From NCBI GenBank assembly GCA_018242205.1, contig JAFECJ010000001.1, forward strand, positions 31,735-95,734: DNA of 64,000 bases, in the 5' to 3' direction. Position numbers and translations under genes: made by a program. This document shows positions 28,382-38,010 of the stretch, one piece after another (position 1 is the stretch's first letter; each line of letters begins with the position of its first letter). This DNA is from Pseudomonadota bacterium. GTDB lineage: Bacteria > Pseudomonadota > Alphaproteobacteria > Rhizobiales > Xanthobacteraceae. The notes below the pieces were generated by a model. The model searched no databases and was not told where the DNA came from. It saw nothing but the letters and a program-made list of their open reading frames with translations.

Positions 28382-31242
28382 TCGGCTCGCTCCCGCTCGC
28401 CTTCGCGCAGCCGCTGGTCCTTCTGGGTCTGCTCAGCCTGCCGCTGCTGTGGTGGTTGCTACGCCTGGTGCCGCCGCGCCCGCGTGTCATCAACTTCCCG
28501 CCGACGCGGCTGTTGTTCGAGATTTCGCCGAAGGAAGAGACGCCGTCACGCACGCCGTGGTGGCTCATCCTGCTGCGGCTTTTGCTGGCGACGCTGGTCA
28601 TTCTCGCCGCCGCCGGGCCGTTGTGGAATCCGCCGGTCGCGACCGGCGCCAAGAACGGCCCGCTGCTGATCATGATCGACGACGGTTGGGCCGCGGCCGC
28701 GGCCTGGGATGTGAGGCTGCGCACCGCGGATGAATTGCTGGCCCGCGCCGAGGCCGACAATCGCGGCGTCGCTCTGTTGCCACTGTCGGAGACCGCGCGC
28801 GACATCTCGCTGCAGGTGGCCGGCGCGGCGCGCGTGCAAGTCAAGCAGCTCAAGCCAAAACCTCACGCCGTCGATCGCATCGAGGCGTTGCCCCTGATCG
28901 ACCGCTTCCTCAAGAATTCGCCGAACGTCGACGTCGTTTGGCTGTCGGACGGCGTCGATCTCGGCAAAGGCGCCGGCTTCGTCGATGGCCTGAAGAAGAT
29001 CATCGGCAATCATCCGCTCACCATCGTCGCTGGCGGCCTGCCCATTCCGCACGCGCTGGCCGCGGCCGACAACGCCGCCGGCGCGCTGACGGTGAAGGTG
29101 TTGCGCGCGCAGACCGGCGTCGCCGAGAACGGTTTGGTCCACGCCATCGATCTCAAGGGCCTGCCGCTCGGCGACGCGCCTTTTGCGTTCGGCGCCGGCG
29201 ATCGCGAGGCCGAGGCGACGATCAAGCTGCCGGTCGAGATCCGTAACGATGTCGCGCGGCTGGAAATCGCCGGCGAACGGTCCGCCGGTGCCGTGCAGTT
29301 GCTCGACAAGCGCTGGCGCCGCCGCACCGTCGGCATCGTTTCCGGCACCGCGCTGGACCGCTCGCAGCCGCTGCTCGGGGCGAGCTATTATCTGAGCCGC
29401 GCATTGAGCCCGTTCGCCGACGTACGGCTGGCCGAAAGCGTGGCGCCGCCGGAAGCCATCGGTCGTTTCCTCGATCAACATCTGCCGATGCTGGTCTTGG
29501 CCGATGTCGGGAATGTCGCCGAGGCGCGCGGCCGGCTCGATAGCTGGCTCGAGAATGGCGGCGTGCTGGTGCGCTTCGCCGGTCCGCATCTCGCCGCCGG
29601 TAGCGACGATCTCGTGCCGGTGCGGCTGCGCCGCGGTGGCCGCATCCTCGGCGGCTCCCTGAGTTGGGAGAAGCCGCAGCAGCTTGCCGGCTTCTCGCGC
29701 GACAGCCCGTTCGTCGGCATGCCGGTTCCGAATGACGTCACGGTGACGCGCCAGGTGCTGGCCGAGCCCGACGCGACGCTGGCCGATCGTACCTGGGCGA
29801 CGCTCGCCGACGGCACGCCGCTCGTCACTGCGCAGCGCCGAGGCAAGGGTCTCATCATACTTTTCCACGTCACCGCCGATACGCGCTGGTCCGACCTCCC
29901 GCTTTCCGGCGCCTTCGTCGACATGCTGCGGCACATCGTGTCGCTCGCCGGCGCGACCGCCACCACCGAAGGCGACGGCGCAAAGGTTTCGAGCATCGCG
30001 ACGCAGGTGGTGCCGGCAACCCGCGTGCTCGACGGCTTCGGCGCCTTCACCGTGCCGCCGGCTAATGCGCGGCCGGTGCCGACCAACTATTCCAGCCGCG
30101 CCAGCGCCGATCATCCGCCCGGCTTCTACGGACCGCCGGAGGGCCTCGTCGCCGTTAACACGCTGGCGAAGGACGACCGCCCGGCGCCGCTCGACGTCGC
30201 AGCGCTCAATGCGCGGATCGATGTCTATCGCTTCGGCGAACCGATCGACCTGCGCGGTCCGGTGTTCGTCGCCGCCTTCTGCCTCATCGCGCTCGACGCG
30301 CTGGTCGTGTTCTGGATCGCCGGCGGGCTGACGGCTTTCGCACGCCGCCGTGCCGCCGCCACGGCGGCGCTGGTCATCATCGCGCTGGCCGGCGCGCTGG
30401 CGCTGCCACGGCCGGTTCACGCCCAATCGACGCTGGTGCCGGCGGGTAGCTTGCCGCAGCGGGCGCCGCTGTCGCCACAACAACAGGACTTCGCCATCAA
30501 GGCGACCGAGCAAACCCACCTCGCCTATATCGTCACCGGCGACGCCGAGACCGATGCCATCAGCCGAGCCGGTCTCAACGGACTGTCGCTGTTCCTGGCG
30601 CAGCGCACGGCGCTGGAGCCGGGCGAACCGGTCGGGCTCGACCCGGCGCGCGACGAACTGTCGTTCTTCCCGCTCATCTACTGGCCGATCTCCGAGAGCG
30701 CGCCAAAGCCGAGCCGCGAGGCGCTCGACCGCATCGACACGTACATGAAGCGCGGCGGTACCGTGCTGTTCGATACGCGCGACGCCATCGACGCGCCGCC
30801 CGGGCCCGACGGCGCCAACCGTTCGCCCGGCATGGTGGCGCTGCGCTCGATCCTGTCGTCGCTTGACGTGCCCGAGCTCGAACCGGTGCCGCGCGACCAC
30901 GTGCTCAATAAGACGTTCTTCCTTCTGAGAGACTTCCCCGGCCGCTATACCAATGGCCAGCTCTGGGTCGAGGCGTTGCCGCCAGAAAGCGAAGACGACC
31001 CGAACCGTCCGGCGCGCGGCGGCGACGGCGTTTCCTCGATCATGATCACATCGAACGATCTGGCCGGCGCCTGGGCCATGCGACCTGACGGCCAGCCGAT
31101 GTTGCCTTTGGTGCCGGGCGAGCCGCGGCAACGCGAATTCGCCTTCCGCGCCGGCGTCAACATCGTGATGTACGTGCTGACCGGCAACTACAAAGCCGAC
31201 CAGGTCCACATTCCGGCACTGCTCGAACGGTTGGGACAGTAA
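28378..31242 (+). CDS. BatA N-terminal + vWA-like + DUF4159 membrane protein
   Basis: N-terminal PLVLLGLLSLPLLWWLL..FPPTRLL (BatA/double-TM), TPWWLILLRL, IMIDDGW, and C-terminal LSFFPLIYWP...AFRAGVNIVMYVLTGNYKADQVH. Confidence 0.85.
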   Translation: MIGSLPLAFAQPLVLLGLLSLPLLWWLLRLVPPRPRVINFPPTRLLFEISPKEETPSRTPWWLILLRLLLATLVILAAAGPLWNPPVATGAKNGPLLIMIDDGWAAAAAWDVRLRTADELLARAEADNRGVALLPLSETARDISLQVAGAARVQVKQLKPKPHAVDRIEALPLIDRFLKNSPNVDVVWLSDGVDLGKGAGFVDGLKKIIGNHPLTIVAGGLPIPHALAAADNAAGALTVKVLRAQTGVAENGLVHAIDLKGLPLGDAPFAFGAGDREAEATIKLPVEIRNDVARLEIAGERSAGAVQLLDKRWRRRTVGIVSGTALDRSQPLLGASYYLSRALSPFADVRLAESVAPPEAIGRFLDQHLPMLVLADVGNVAEARGRLDSWLENGGVLVRFAGPHLAAGSDDLVPVRLRRGGRILGGSLSWEKPQQLAGFSRDSPFVGMPVPNDVTVTRQVLAEPDATLADRTWATLADGTPLVTAQRRGKGLIILFHVTADTRWSDLPLSGAFVDMLRHIVSLAGATATTEGDGAKVSSIATQVVPATRVLDGFGAFTVPPANARPVPTNYSSRASADHPPGFYGPPEGLVAVNTLAKDDRPAPLDVAALNARIDVYRFGEPIDLRGPVFVAAFCLIALDALVVFWIAGGLTAFARRRAAATAALVIIALAGALALPRPVHAQSTLVPAGSLPQRAPLSPQQQDFAIKATEQTHLAYIVTGDAETDAISRAGLNGLSLFLAQRTALEPGEPVGLDPARDELSFFPLIYWPISESAPKPSREALDRIDTYMKRGGTVLFDTRDAIDAPPGPDGANRSPGMVALRSILSSLDVPELEPVPRDHVLNKTFFLLRDFPGRYTNGQLWVEALPPESEDDPNRPARGGDGVSSIMITSNDLAGAWAMRPDGQPMLPLVPGEPRQREFAFRAGVNIVMYVLTGNYKADQVHIPALLERLGQ

Positions 31243-31246
31243 CGCG

Positions 31247-33319
31247 ATGAATCTCGGTGTCGCCTTTGCCCCGCTGGTTCCGGCCTATGTCGTCTGGACG
31301 GCATTCGGCGTCGCCGTGCTGCTATCGATCCTGCTGCTCGTCGCGCGTAGCCGCGGCGCGGTGGTGCGGGCGATCGCCATGGCGCTCATGGTGCTGGCGC
31401 TCGCCAATCCGTCGATGACGCGGGAAGACCGCGATCCGATCCCGTCGGTCGCTGCCGTGATCGTCGACAAGAGCCCGAGCCAGGAATTCGGCGACCGCAC
31501 CGCGCAGACCGAACAGGCGCGCGCCACCATCGTCGATCGCCTGAAGCGCGTTCCCGGCCTCGAACTACGCGTGGCGGAAGCCGGCGCCGCCGACGGCGAG
31601 ACCGACGGCACGCGGCTGTTCTCGGCGCTTTCGTCGACGCTCGCCGACGTGCCACCGGATCGAATCGCCGGCGCGGTGTTCATTACCGACGGTCGCGTCC
31701 ACGACATTCCGGCCGACGCCGCGGCGCTCGGCTTCGCCGCACCCATCCATGCGCTGATCACCGGCCATGCCAACGAGATCGACCGCCGCGTCGTGCTCAC
31801 CCAGACGCCGCGCTTCGGCATCGTCAACCAGATGCAGACCATCGGCTTCCGCGTCGAAGATCATGGCGTGCCGGCCGGCCCGGTCGAGGTCACGGTGCGC
31901 CGCGACGGCGAACTGCTCGAACAGCGCACGGTCACCGCCGGGACCGACGTCACCATGCAGGTACAGATCCCGCATGCCGGCGCCAACATCGTCGAAGTCG
32001 AAGCCGCGCCGCTCGCCAACGAGCTCACGCACGTCAACAACCGCGCCGTGATCTCGATCGACGGCGTGCGCGACAAGCTGCGCGTGCTGCTCGTCTCCGG
32101 CGAACCGCATGCCGGCGAGCGCACCTGGCGCAATCTGCTCAAGTCCGACGCCTCGGTCGATCTCGTCCACTTCACCATTCTGCGCCCGCCGGAAAAGCAG
32201 GACGGCACGCCGATCAACGAATTGTCGCTGATCGCCTTCCCGACGCGCGAACTGTTCCAGCAGAAAATCGGCGAATTCCAGCTCATCATCTTCGACCGCT
32301 ACGCCCGCCAGGGCGTGCTGCCGATGATCTATTTCGACAACATCACCCGCTATGTGCGCAATGGCGGCGCGGTGCTGATCGCGGCCGGACCCGATTACGC
32401 CTCGCCGACCTCGATCTGGCGCACGCCGCTCGACGTCATCCTGCCGGCCGAGCCGACCGGCGACGTCACCGAACAGAGCTTCCACGCGCGCCTGACCGAC
32501 GCCGGCAAGCGTCATCCGGTGACACGCGGACTGGAAGGCTCCGACACCGACCCGCCGCACTGGAGCCACTGGTTCCGCGTCGTCGACACCAAGCGCACCT
32601 CAGGCACGTCGGTGATGCAGGGGCCGGACGGCAAGCCGCTTTTGGTGCTGGCGCATGAAGGCGAAGGCCGCGTCGCGCTGCTGCTGTCCGATCACATCTG
32701 GCTGTGGGCGCGCGGCTATGAAGGTGGCGGCCCGCACCTCGACCTGCTGCGGCGGCTGTCGCACTGGCTGATGAAACAGCCCGAGCTCGACGAGGAGGCG
32801 CTTCGCCTGATCGTCGCCGGCCGCGACATGACCGTGCAGCGCCAGACCATGGCCGATGGCGTCGCCGACGTGACGCTGACCTCGCCGTCCGGCAAATCGC
32901 AGACCCTGAAACTGTCGGCCGCCGAGCCCGGCCTGTGGCGCGCGCATGTGCCGGCCAACGAACTCGGCCTGTGGCGCGCCACCGACGGCAAGCTCACCGC
33001 GCTGGTCAATGTCGGCCCGGCCAATCCGCGTGAATTCCAGGAAGTGACCTCGACGACGCAGACGCTCGGCAAGCTCGCCGACGCGACCGGCGGCAGCGTC
33101 CGCCGCCTTGCTTCCGGCAACGACGCCGCCATCGACGTCCCGCGCGTCGTGCCGGTGCGCACCGCCTCGACCTACAAGGGCGACGACTGGATCGGCATGA
33201 AGATGCGCGACGTCTCCGTGGTGCGCGGCATCGGCGTGCTGCCGGTGTTCACCGGCCTGATCGGCCTGTTGCTGCTGGTCGGCTCGCTGGCGCTGACGTG
33301 GGCGAGAGAAGGCCGCTAG
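31247..33319 (+). CDS. Membrane-anchored vWA / class-I glutamine amidotransferase-like domain protein
   Basis: VIVDKSPSQ and ITDGRVHD (MIDAS-like), LLVSGEPHAGERTWRNLLKSD and FQLIIFDRY; TM at both ends. Confidence 0.8.
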   Translation: MNLGVAFAPLVPAYVVWTAFGVAVLLSILLLVARSRGAVVRAIAMALMVLALANPSMTREDRDPIPSVAAVIVDKSPSQEFGDRTAQTEQARATIVDRLKRVPGLELRVAEAGAADGETDGTRLFSALSSTLADVPPDRIAGAVFITDGRVHDIPADAAALGFAAPIHALITGHANEIDRRVVLTQTPRFGIVNQMQTIGFRVEDHGVPAGPVEVTVRRDGELLEQRTVTAGTDVTMQVQIPHAGANIVEVEAAPLANELTHVNNRAVISIDGVRDKLRVLLVSGEPHAGERTWRNLLKSDASVDLVHFTILRPPEKQDGTPINELSLIAFPTRELFQQKIGEFQLIIFDRYARQGVLPMIYFDNITRYVRNGGAVLIAAGPDYASPTSIWRTPLDVILPAEPTGDVTEQSFHARLTDAGKRHPVTRGLEGSDTDPPHWSHWFRVVDTKRTSGTSVMQGPDGKPLLVLAHEGEGRVALLLSDHIWLWARGYEGGGPHLDLLRRLSHWLMKQPELDEEALRLIVAGRDMTVQRQTMADGVADVTLTSPSGKSQTLKLSAAEPGLWRAHVPANELGLWRATDGKLTALVNVGPANPREFQEVTSTTQTLGKLADATGGSVRRLASGNDAAIDVPRVVPVRTASTYKGDDWIGMKMRDVSVVRGIGVLPVFTGLIGLLLLVGSLALTWAREGR

Positions 33320-33347
33320 CCCCCCTACCGCAAAGCCGCCTCACGCT

Positions 33348-33418
33348 CCGTTCATTGCCGCGCGAGCGGCAAACAAAATAAGAAAGAACCGGGTCTCCGC
33401 TTTCGCGGCGACGAGCGG
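33348..33418. repeat. Degenerate REP-like element
   Basis: ccgttcattgccgcgagcgg ... ccgggtctccgctttcgcggcgacgagcgg resembles 39883-39972. Confidence 0.55.
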
Positions 33419-33459
33419 TTTGTTAGCGTCGGCTGCGTCTCTGACACCGGTGTATCTCG

Positions 33460-34089
33460 ATGACCGTCTCTCTCTTCTTCGCCACCATGTTCGCCGGATT
33501 TCTCTACTCGGTGATTCCCGGCCCCGCCGTGCTGCTGGTGTTCTCGCTGGCCGCCCAGCATGGCCGCGGCATGGGCGCCAAATTCCTGATCGGCCACATG
33601 GTCGGCGACCTAACCTGGAGCGCGCTGGCCTTCGCCTCGATCATCGGCGTCAGCCAGACCGGGCCGCTGTTGTTCGACATTCTCGGCGCCGGCTGCGGTC
33701 TCTATCTGATCTATCTCGGCATCAAGGCGATGCGTGCCAAGTCCGTTGGCGAAGCGCCGGTGCTGCGCGGCCACCGGCCCTATCGCGCCGGCTTCCTGTT
33801 CGGCCTCACCAATCCGAAGGCCTATCCGGTCGCGGTCGCGGTGTTCACCGCGCTGATCGCGCGCTACACCCTGGAACTGACATGGTCATCGGTACCGCTG
33901 ATGGGCCTGTCGGCCTGGATCGGTATCGTACTCGGCTATGTCTGCACCCTGTTCTGGGCGGGCCTGCCGCTCGTGCGCCGTTTCTTCCTGACGCACGGCG
34001 TTATCGTCACCCGCGTCATCGGGGTGACCTTCGTGCTGTTCGGCATGAAGTCGCTGTTCGACGCCGGACGGTCGTTTCAGACACGCTAG
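33460..34089 (+). CDS. LysE/RhtB family exporter
   Basis: IPGPAVLLV, YLIYLGIK and GLTNPKAY. Confidence 0.9.
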   Translation: MTVSLFFATMFAGFLYSVIPGPAVLLVFSLAAQHGRGMGAKFLIGHMVGDLTWSALAFASIIGVSQTGPLLFDILGAGCGLYLIYLGIKAMRAKSVGEAPVLRGHRPYRAGFLFGLTNPKAYPVAVAVFTALIARYTLELTWSSVPLMGLSAWIGIVLGYVCTLFWAGLPLVRRFFLTHGVIVTRVIGVTFVLFGMKSLFDAGRSFQTR

Positions 34090-34116
34090 ACTGGCGTCCG
34101 CGCGAAGCCGGCGCCG

Positions 34117-34404
34117 CTACTGCATCACCTCGTCCGCGGCCGTGATCAGGCTGTGCGTCGGGTTCTTGCCGCAATACTCGCCAAGCTTTCCACCATTCGC
34201 CTTCATCTTGTCGAAATCGACGATCGGCTTGGCGTCCTGGTCGGCATAGAAGCCTTCGAGCCACATCAGGATGTAGCCGATGGTTTCCTTGTCGCTGGTG
34301 ACGAAGTCCTTGCAGGTGACGGTCGCGAGATCGAGCTGCTGCGCCTTGAGCGGCAGCGGCGCCAGGACGGCCGCCGCGAGCAGCAGAACGGATAGGTTTT
34401 TCAT
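34117..34404 (-). CDS. HdeA/HdeB family periplasmic chaperone
   Basis: Signal peptide, DLATVTCKDF, WLEGFY and YCGKNP (two conserved Cys). Confidence 0.8.
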   Translation of the reverse strand: MKNLSVLLLAAAVLAPLPLKAQQLDLATVTCKDFVTSDKETIGYILMWLEGFYADQDAKPIVDFDKMKANGGKLGEYCGKNPTHSLITAADEVMQ

Positions 34405-34533
34405 GGATGCCCCCAAAAAAGCCGAGCCCGGATCGGCGCGCCGACTGTTGCTTGACGGCGGTGACGGCGACAAGACCGCGCTGGCGCAGGGCGCTGAAAT
34501 TTTTCTGAATTTATATGAAGCGTTACGCCGGCT

Positions 34534-35046
34534 TTACGCCGGCACGACCCAGTCCGGCCGGACCAGCCCGGAGACGCCCTCGAACGCACCGGGCACCAGT
34601 TCGTTGACCAGCAGACGCGCCGGATTGACCGGGCCCGGCATCTTCACGACGCCCTTCTTGATCGGCTTGAAACCGCTGCGGCTGTAATACGGCTCGTCGC
34701 CGACCAGCACGACCAGTTTGTGGCCCTTGTCCCGCGCGTCCTTGAGGGCGCGGGCCATCAGCGCCGAACCGACACCGCGCGAGCGGAACGGCGGCTCGAC
34801 CGTCAGCGGCCCGAGCAGCAGCGCCGGCGTGTCGCCGATGCAGATCGGCGTCAGCCGCACCGAGCCGACCATCAAGGTGCCGATGCGGGCAACGAAGGAC
34901 AGGTCCGGCAAGTGGCCACGGCCCTCGCGGATACGATAGGCGCTGCGCGCATAACGGCCGGGCCCGAACGTGCGCTCGTTCAGGCGCTCGACAGCGAGCG
35001 CGTCGCTGGGCGATTCCGGCTGGATGACGAGATCGAGTTCGCTCAT
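34534..35046 (-). CDS. GNAT N-acetyltransferase (YhbS-like)
   Basis: FGPGRYARSAYRIRE, LLLGPLTVEP, GVGSAL and VLVGDEPYYSRSGF. Confidence 0.9.
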   Translation of the reverse strand: MSELDLVIQPESPSDALAVERLNERTFGPGRYARSAYRIREGRGHLPDLSFVARIGTLMVGSVRLTPICIGDTPALLLGPLTVEPPFRSRGVGSALMARALKDARDKGHKLVVLVGDEPYYSRSGFKPIKKGVVKMPGPVNPARLLVNELVPGAFEGVSGLVRPDWVVPA

Positions 35047-35147
35047 GAAGCCACGCGATTAGCATCCCGCCCGCGGGACGTCCATCGGCGGTAGCGAGAA
35101 CCTCCCCAACCGCCTAGATACGAGGGGGCAGGCAAAAGGAGCGTGAA

Positions 35148-36122
35148 TTGGGACTTCTGGTTGATGGCGTCTGGCACGACGAGTGGTACCACACCAAGGA
35201 CGGCCGCTTCGAACGGCAGGCCTCGAAATTCCGCAACTGGGTGACGGCCGATGGCAGCGCCGGACCGAGCGGCGACGGCGGCTTTGCCGCCGAGGCCGGC
35301 CGCTACCACCTCTATGTCTCGCTCGCCTGCCCCTGGGCGCATCGCACCATCATCTTCCGCAAACTCAAGGGCCTCGAGAGCCTGATCTCGATGTCGATCG
35401 TGTCGCCCGACATGCTGAAAGACGGCTGGACCTTCCACAAGAACGAGGGCTCGACCGGCGATACGCTCAACGGCAAGGATAAGCTGTCGGAGATCTATCT
35501 GCTCGCCGACCCGAAATTCACCGGCCGTGTCACCGTGCCGGTGTTGTGGGATAGAAAGACGAAGACGATCGTCAACAACGAGTCGTCCGAGATCATCCGC
35601 ATGTTCAACTCGGCGTTCGACGCCTTGACCGGCAACACCGACGATTACTATCCGGCGGCGCTGCGCGGTGAGATCGACCGCATCAACGACCTCGTTTATC
35701 CAAACGTCAACAACGGCGTTTACCGCGCCGGCTTCGCCACCACGCAGGAGGCTTACGAGGAGGCGTTCCGCAATCTGTTCGACACGCTCGACCAGATCGA
35801 GGACATGCTGTCGAAGCAGCGCTATCTCGCCGGTGCGCAATTGACCGAAGCCGATTGGCGGCTGTTCACCACCTTGATGCGATTCGACGCTGTCTATTAC
35901 GCGCACTTCAAGTGCAACTGGCGGCACATCACCGAGTACCCGAACCTGTCTAACTATGCGCGCGATCTCTACCAGGTGCCGGGCGTCGCCGAGACGGTCG
36001 ATCTGGCGCAGATCAAGCGGCACTATTATTTCAGCCAGCGCACCGTGAACCCGACCGGCATCGTACCGGTCGGACCACAACTCGACTTCGCCGCGCCTCA
36101 CGACCGGGCCCGATTGGGATAA
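35148..36122 (+). CDS. Glutathione S-transferase, omega/Xi class (YqjG-like glutathionyl-hydroquinone reductase)
   Basis: GTG start, RYHLYVSLACPWAHR, GRVTVPVLWD, NNESSEIIRM, NNGVYRAGF and LTEADWRLF. Confidence 0.93.
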   Translation: MGLLVDGVWHDEWYHTKDGRFERQASKFRNWVTADGSAGPSGDGGFAAEAGRYHLYVSLACPWAHRTIIFRKLKGLESLISMSIVSPDMLKDGWTFHKNEGSTGDTLNGKDKLSEIYLLADPKFTGRVTVPVLWDRKTKTIVNNESSEIIRMFNSAFDALTGNTDDYYPAALRGEIDRINDLVYPNVNNGVYRAGFATTQEAYEEAFRNLFDTLDQIEDMLSKQRYLAGAQLTEADWRLFTTLMRFDAVYYAHFKCNWRHITEYPNLSNYARDLYQVPGVAETVDLAQIKRHYYFSQRTVNPTGIVPVGPQLDFAAPHDRARLG

Positions 36123-36128
36123 GGCATC

Positions 36129-36764
36129 ATGTTCGGCATCCACGACCTCTGGCTTTTCGTTCTGTCCGGGCTGCTGCTCAACATCACGCCGGGGCCGGAC
36201 ACTGCCCTCGTCGTGGCGCGTTCGACGCAGATGGGGCTGCGCGGCGGCGTCGCCGCGTCGTTCGGCGTCACCAGCGGCCTTATGGTGCATATTACCGCGG
36301 CGGCGGTCGGCCTGTCGGCGCTGATCGCGGCGTCGGCTACGGCCTTCAGCGTCATCAAGTTCGTCGGTGCCGCCTACCTCATCTATATCGGCCTGCGCCT
36401 GATCGTAACGCGCCCCGCCGTCGCGACCGGCGAGGCGGCGCCGCAGAAAACGATGCTGCCGCTGCGGGCCGTGTTCTGGCAGGGTTTCTTCAGCAATGCG
36501 CTCAATCCGAAGGTGGCGATCTTCTTTCTCGCCTTCCTGCCGCAGTTCGTGGCCAACGACGCGTCGTCGAAGCCGCTCGCCTTCCTGGTGCTCGGCCTGA
36601 TCTTCAGCATCAATGGCACCCTGTGGAGCCTGATCGTCGCTGCCGTGACGGCGCGTGCGGCATCGCGGCTGAAGGCGACGCGGCGCTTTCAACGCTTCAT
36701 CGACAGCGCCATCGGCGCAATGTTCGTCGCGCTCGGCGTCAAGCTGGCATTGGTGCAGCGCTGA
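36129..36764 (+). CDS. LysE/RhtB family exporter
   Basis: LNITPGPDT, GAAYLIYIG and NALNPKVAIFFLAFLPQFV. Confidence 0.92.
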   Translation: MFGIHDLWLFVLSGLLLNITPGPDTALVVARSTQMGLRGGVAASFGVTSGLMVHITAAAVGLSALIAASATAFSVIKFVGAAYLIYIGLRLIVTRPAVATGEAAPQKTMLPLRAVFWQGFFSNALNPKVAIFFLAFLPQFVANDASSKPLAFLVLGLIFSINGTLWSLIVAAVTARAASRLKATRRFQRFIDSAIGAMFVALGVKLALVQR

Positions 36765-36795
36765 GCGGCCTCGTTTGCCGAATAGACGGCGCTTC

Positions 36796-37299
36796 TCAGC
36801 GAATCCGGTAGCTGGCGTGGCAGGCGACGCAGGCCGACGTCACCTCGTGCAGGCCGCGATTGACCTTCGCCATGGCCTCCACTGACGGCGCCACGTCGGC
36901 GTCCTGGATCGTGATGGCGAGCCGGCTGGCCGCCCGGTGCATGCTGGTGCCGATATCCTGCATCGTCTGCGGCATGTACGGCGCCATGTGCGCGGCGTCG
37001 TGCAGCGACAATGAACTCATGCCCAGACGCTGCTCCAGCAATTTCGCAGCGGCGTCGAGCTTGCCATCGGCCAGGTTCCCGGTGACTTCACTCAGCGTTG
37101 CCAGGTGATCGCGCATGTTGGCGAGCATGTGATCCTGCATCGGCGCCGGCAGTTGTACGAGTTCACGGCGATCGCCGGTCGGGCCGCTCTGCGGCAACTC
37201 GGAGCCGCTCATCCGGTGATGATGCATCTCCTGGGCCGCCGCGATTGAGCAGGCCGCCAAGAACCCGAGGCCAACAGCAAGAAGTCCGAAGCGATTCAT
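36796..37299 (-). CDS. Periplasmic monoheme cytochrome c (class II, cytochrome c'-like)
   Basis: Signal peptide, helical body and C-terminal CVACH heme motif. Confidence 0.75.
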   Translation of the reverse strand: MNRFGLLAVGLGFLAACSIAAAQEMHHHRMSGSELPQSGPTGDRRELVQLPAPMQDHMLANMRDHLATLSEVTGNLADGKLDAAAKLLEQRLGMSSLSLHDAAHMAPYMPQTMQDIGTSMHRAASRLAITIQDADVAPSVEAMAKVNRGLHEVTSACVACHASYRIR

Positions 37300-37369
37300 C
37301 GCACTCTCACAAAATGACCAAGCCTCTCTAGAGGCCTCGTAAACGCTGGCGGCATAATCAAGGGAAGCC

Positions 37370-37846
37370 TCACCACAATTCGCTCACCGCGCGCCCCTCG
37401 AACACCTCGGCGATGCGGGCGCGGGCGGCGCGGCCGGTGTCTTCCGGCAGTTCGTCGATGGCAAAGAAGCCGTGGGCGACGATCTCATGGTCCGGCACCG
37501 GCGGGCTCTCCTGCACGAAATCACGCACGACGAACAAGGCGACGTGATCGCGCTGCGAGATGCGCCTGTTGTGGAACACGCCGTGCAGCACCGGTTCACC
37601 GGTCAGCTTGATGTTACCCTCTTCGATGAGCTCGCGCGCCAGCGCCGTCTTGATGGTCTCGCCGGTCTCGACGCCGCCGCCGGGCAGATGCCAGCCGCTG
37701 ACATAAGAGTGCTGGATCAGGAACACGCGGCGCTGGCCGTCGATCACCAGGGCGAAGGCGCCGAGCGTCGCGCCGCGGGCAAAGCGCCAGTAGAAGTGAA
37801 AAACGCGCCGCAACAGCGGCTCGAAGCGTCGGCGCAAGGCGGACAA
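37370..37846 (-). CDS. Nudix hydrolase
   Basis: WHLPGGGVETGETIKTALARELIEE Nudix box; TTG start at 37846 behind SD AAGGA. Confidence 0.88.
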   Translation of the reverse strand: MSALRRRFEPLLRRVFHFYWRFARGATLGAFALVIDGQRRVFLIQHSYVSGWHLPGGGVETGETIKTALARELIEEGNIKLTGEPVLHGVFHNRRISQRDHVALFVVRDFVQESPPVPDHEIVAHGFFAIDELPEDTGRAARARIAEVFEGRAVSELW

Positions 37847-37949
37847 GAGAGCGGTTCCTTCTCGAATGCGCCCCAGTCCTAGCAGCGAACAGGTTGAAAG
37901 TGAGGCCATGGGGCGCTGTTCGGGGCATGCGCATTCAGCCCCTTTACTC

Positions 37950-37966
37950 TTTAGAATAGTTCTAAT
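37950..37966. promoter_or_regulatory. Irr-binding iron control element (ICE)
   Basis: TTTAGAATAGTTCTAAT against consensus TTTRGAAYNRTTCYAAA (one mismatch), 45 nt upstream of mbfA. Confidence 0.85.
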
Positions 37967-38010
37967 ATCTGGGGTACGCCGATACGTGTCCCTTGAAAGG
38001 CTGACCTCCC

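Noticed and set aside
28546-31209. 887-aa antisense ORF opposite the BatA/DUF4159 gene
   Set aside because: Shadow ORF; Arg/Gly/Ala-rich with no domain signature
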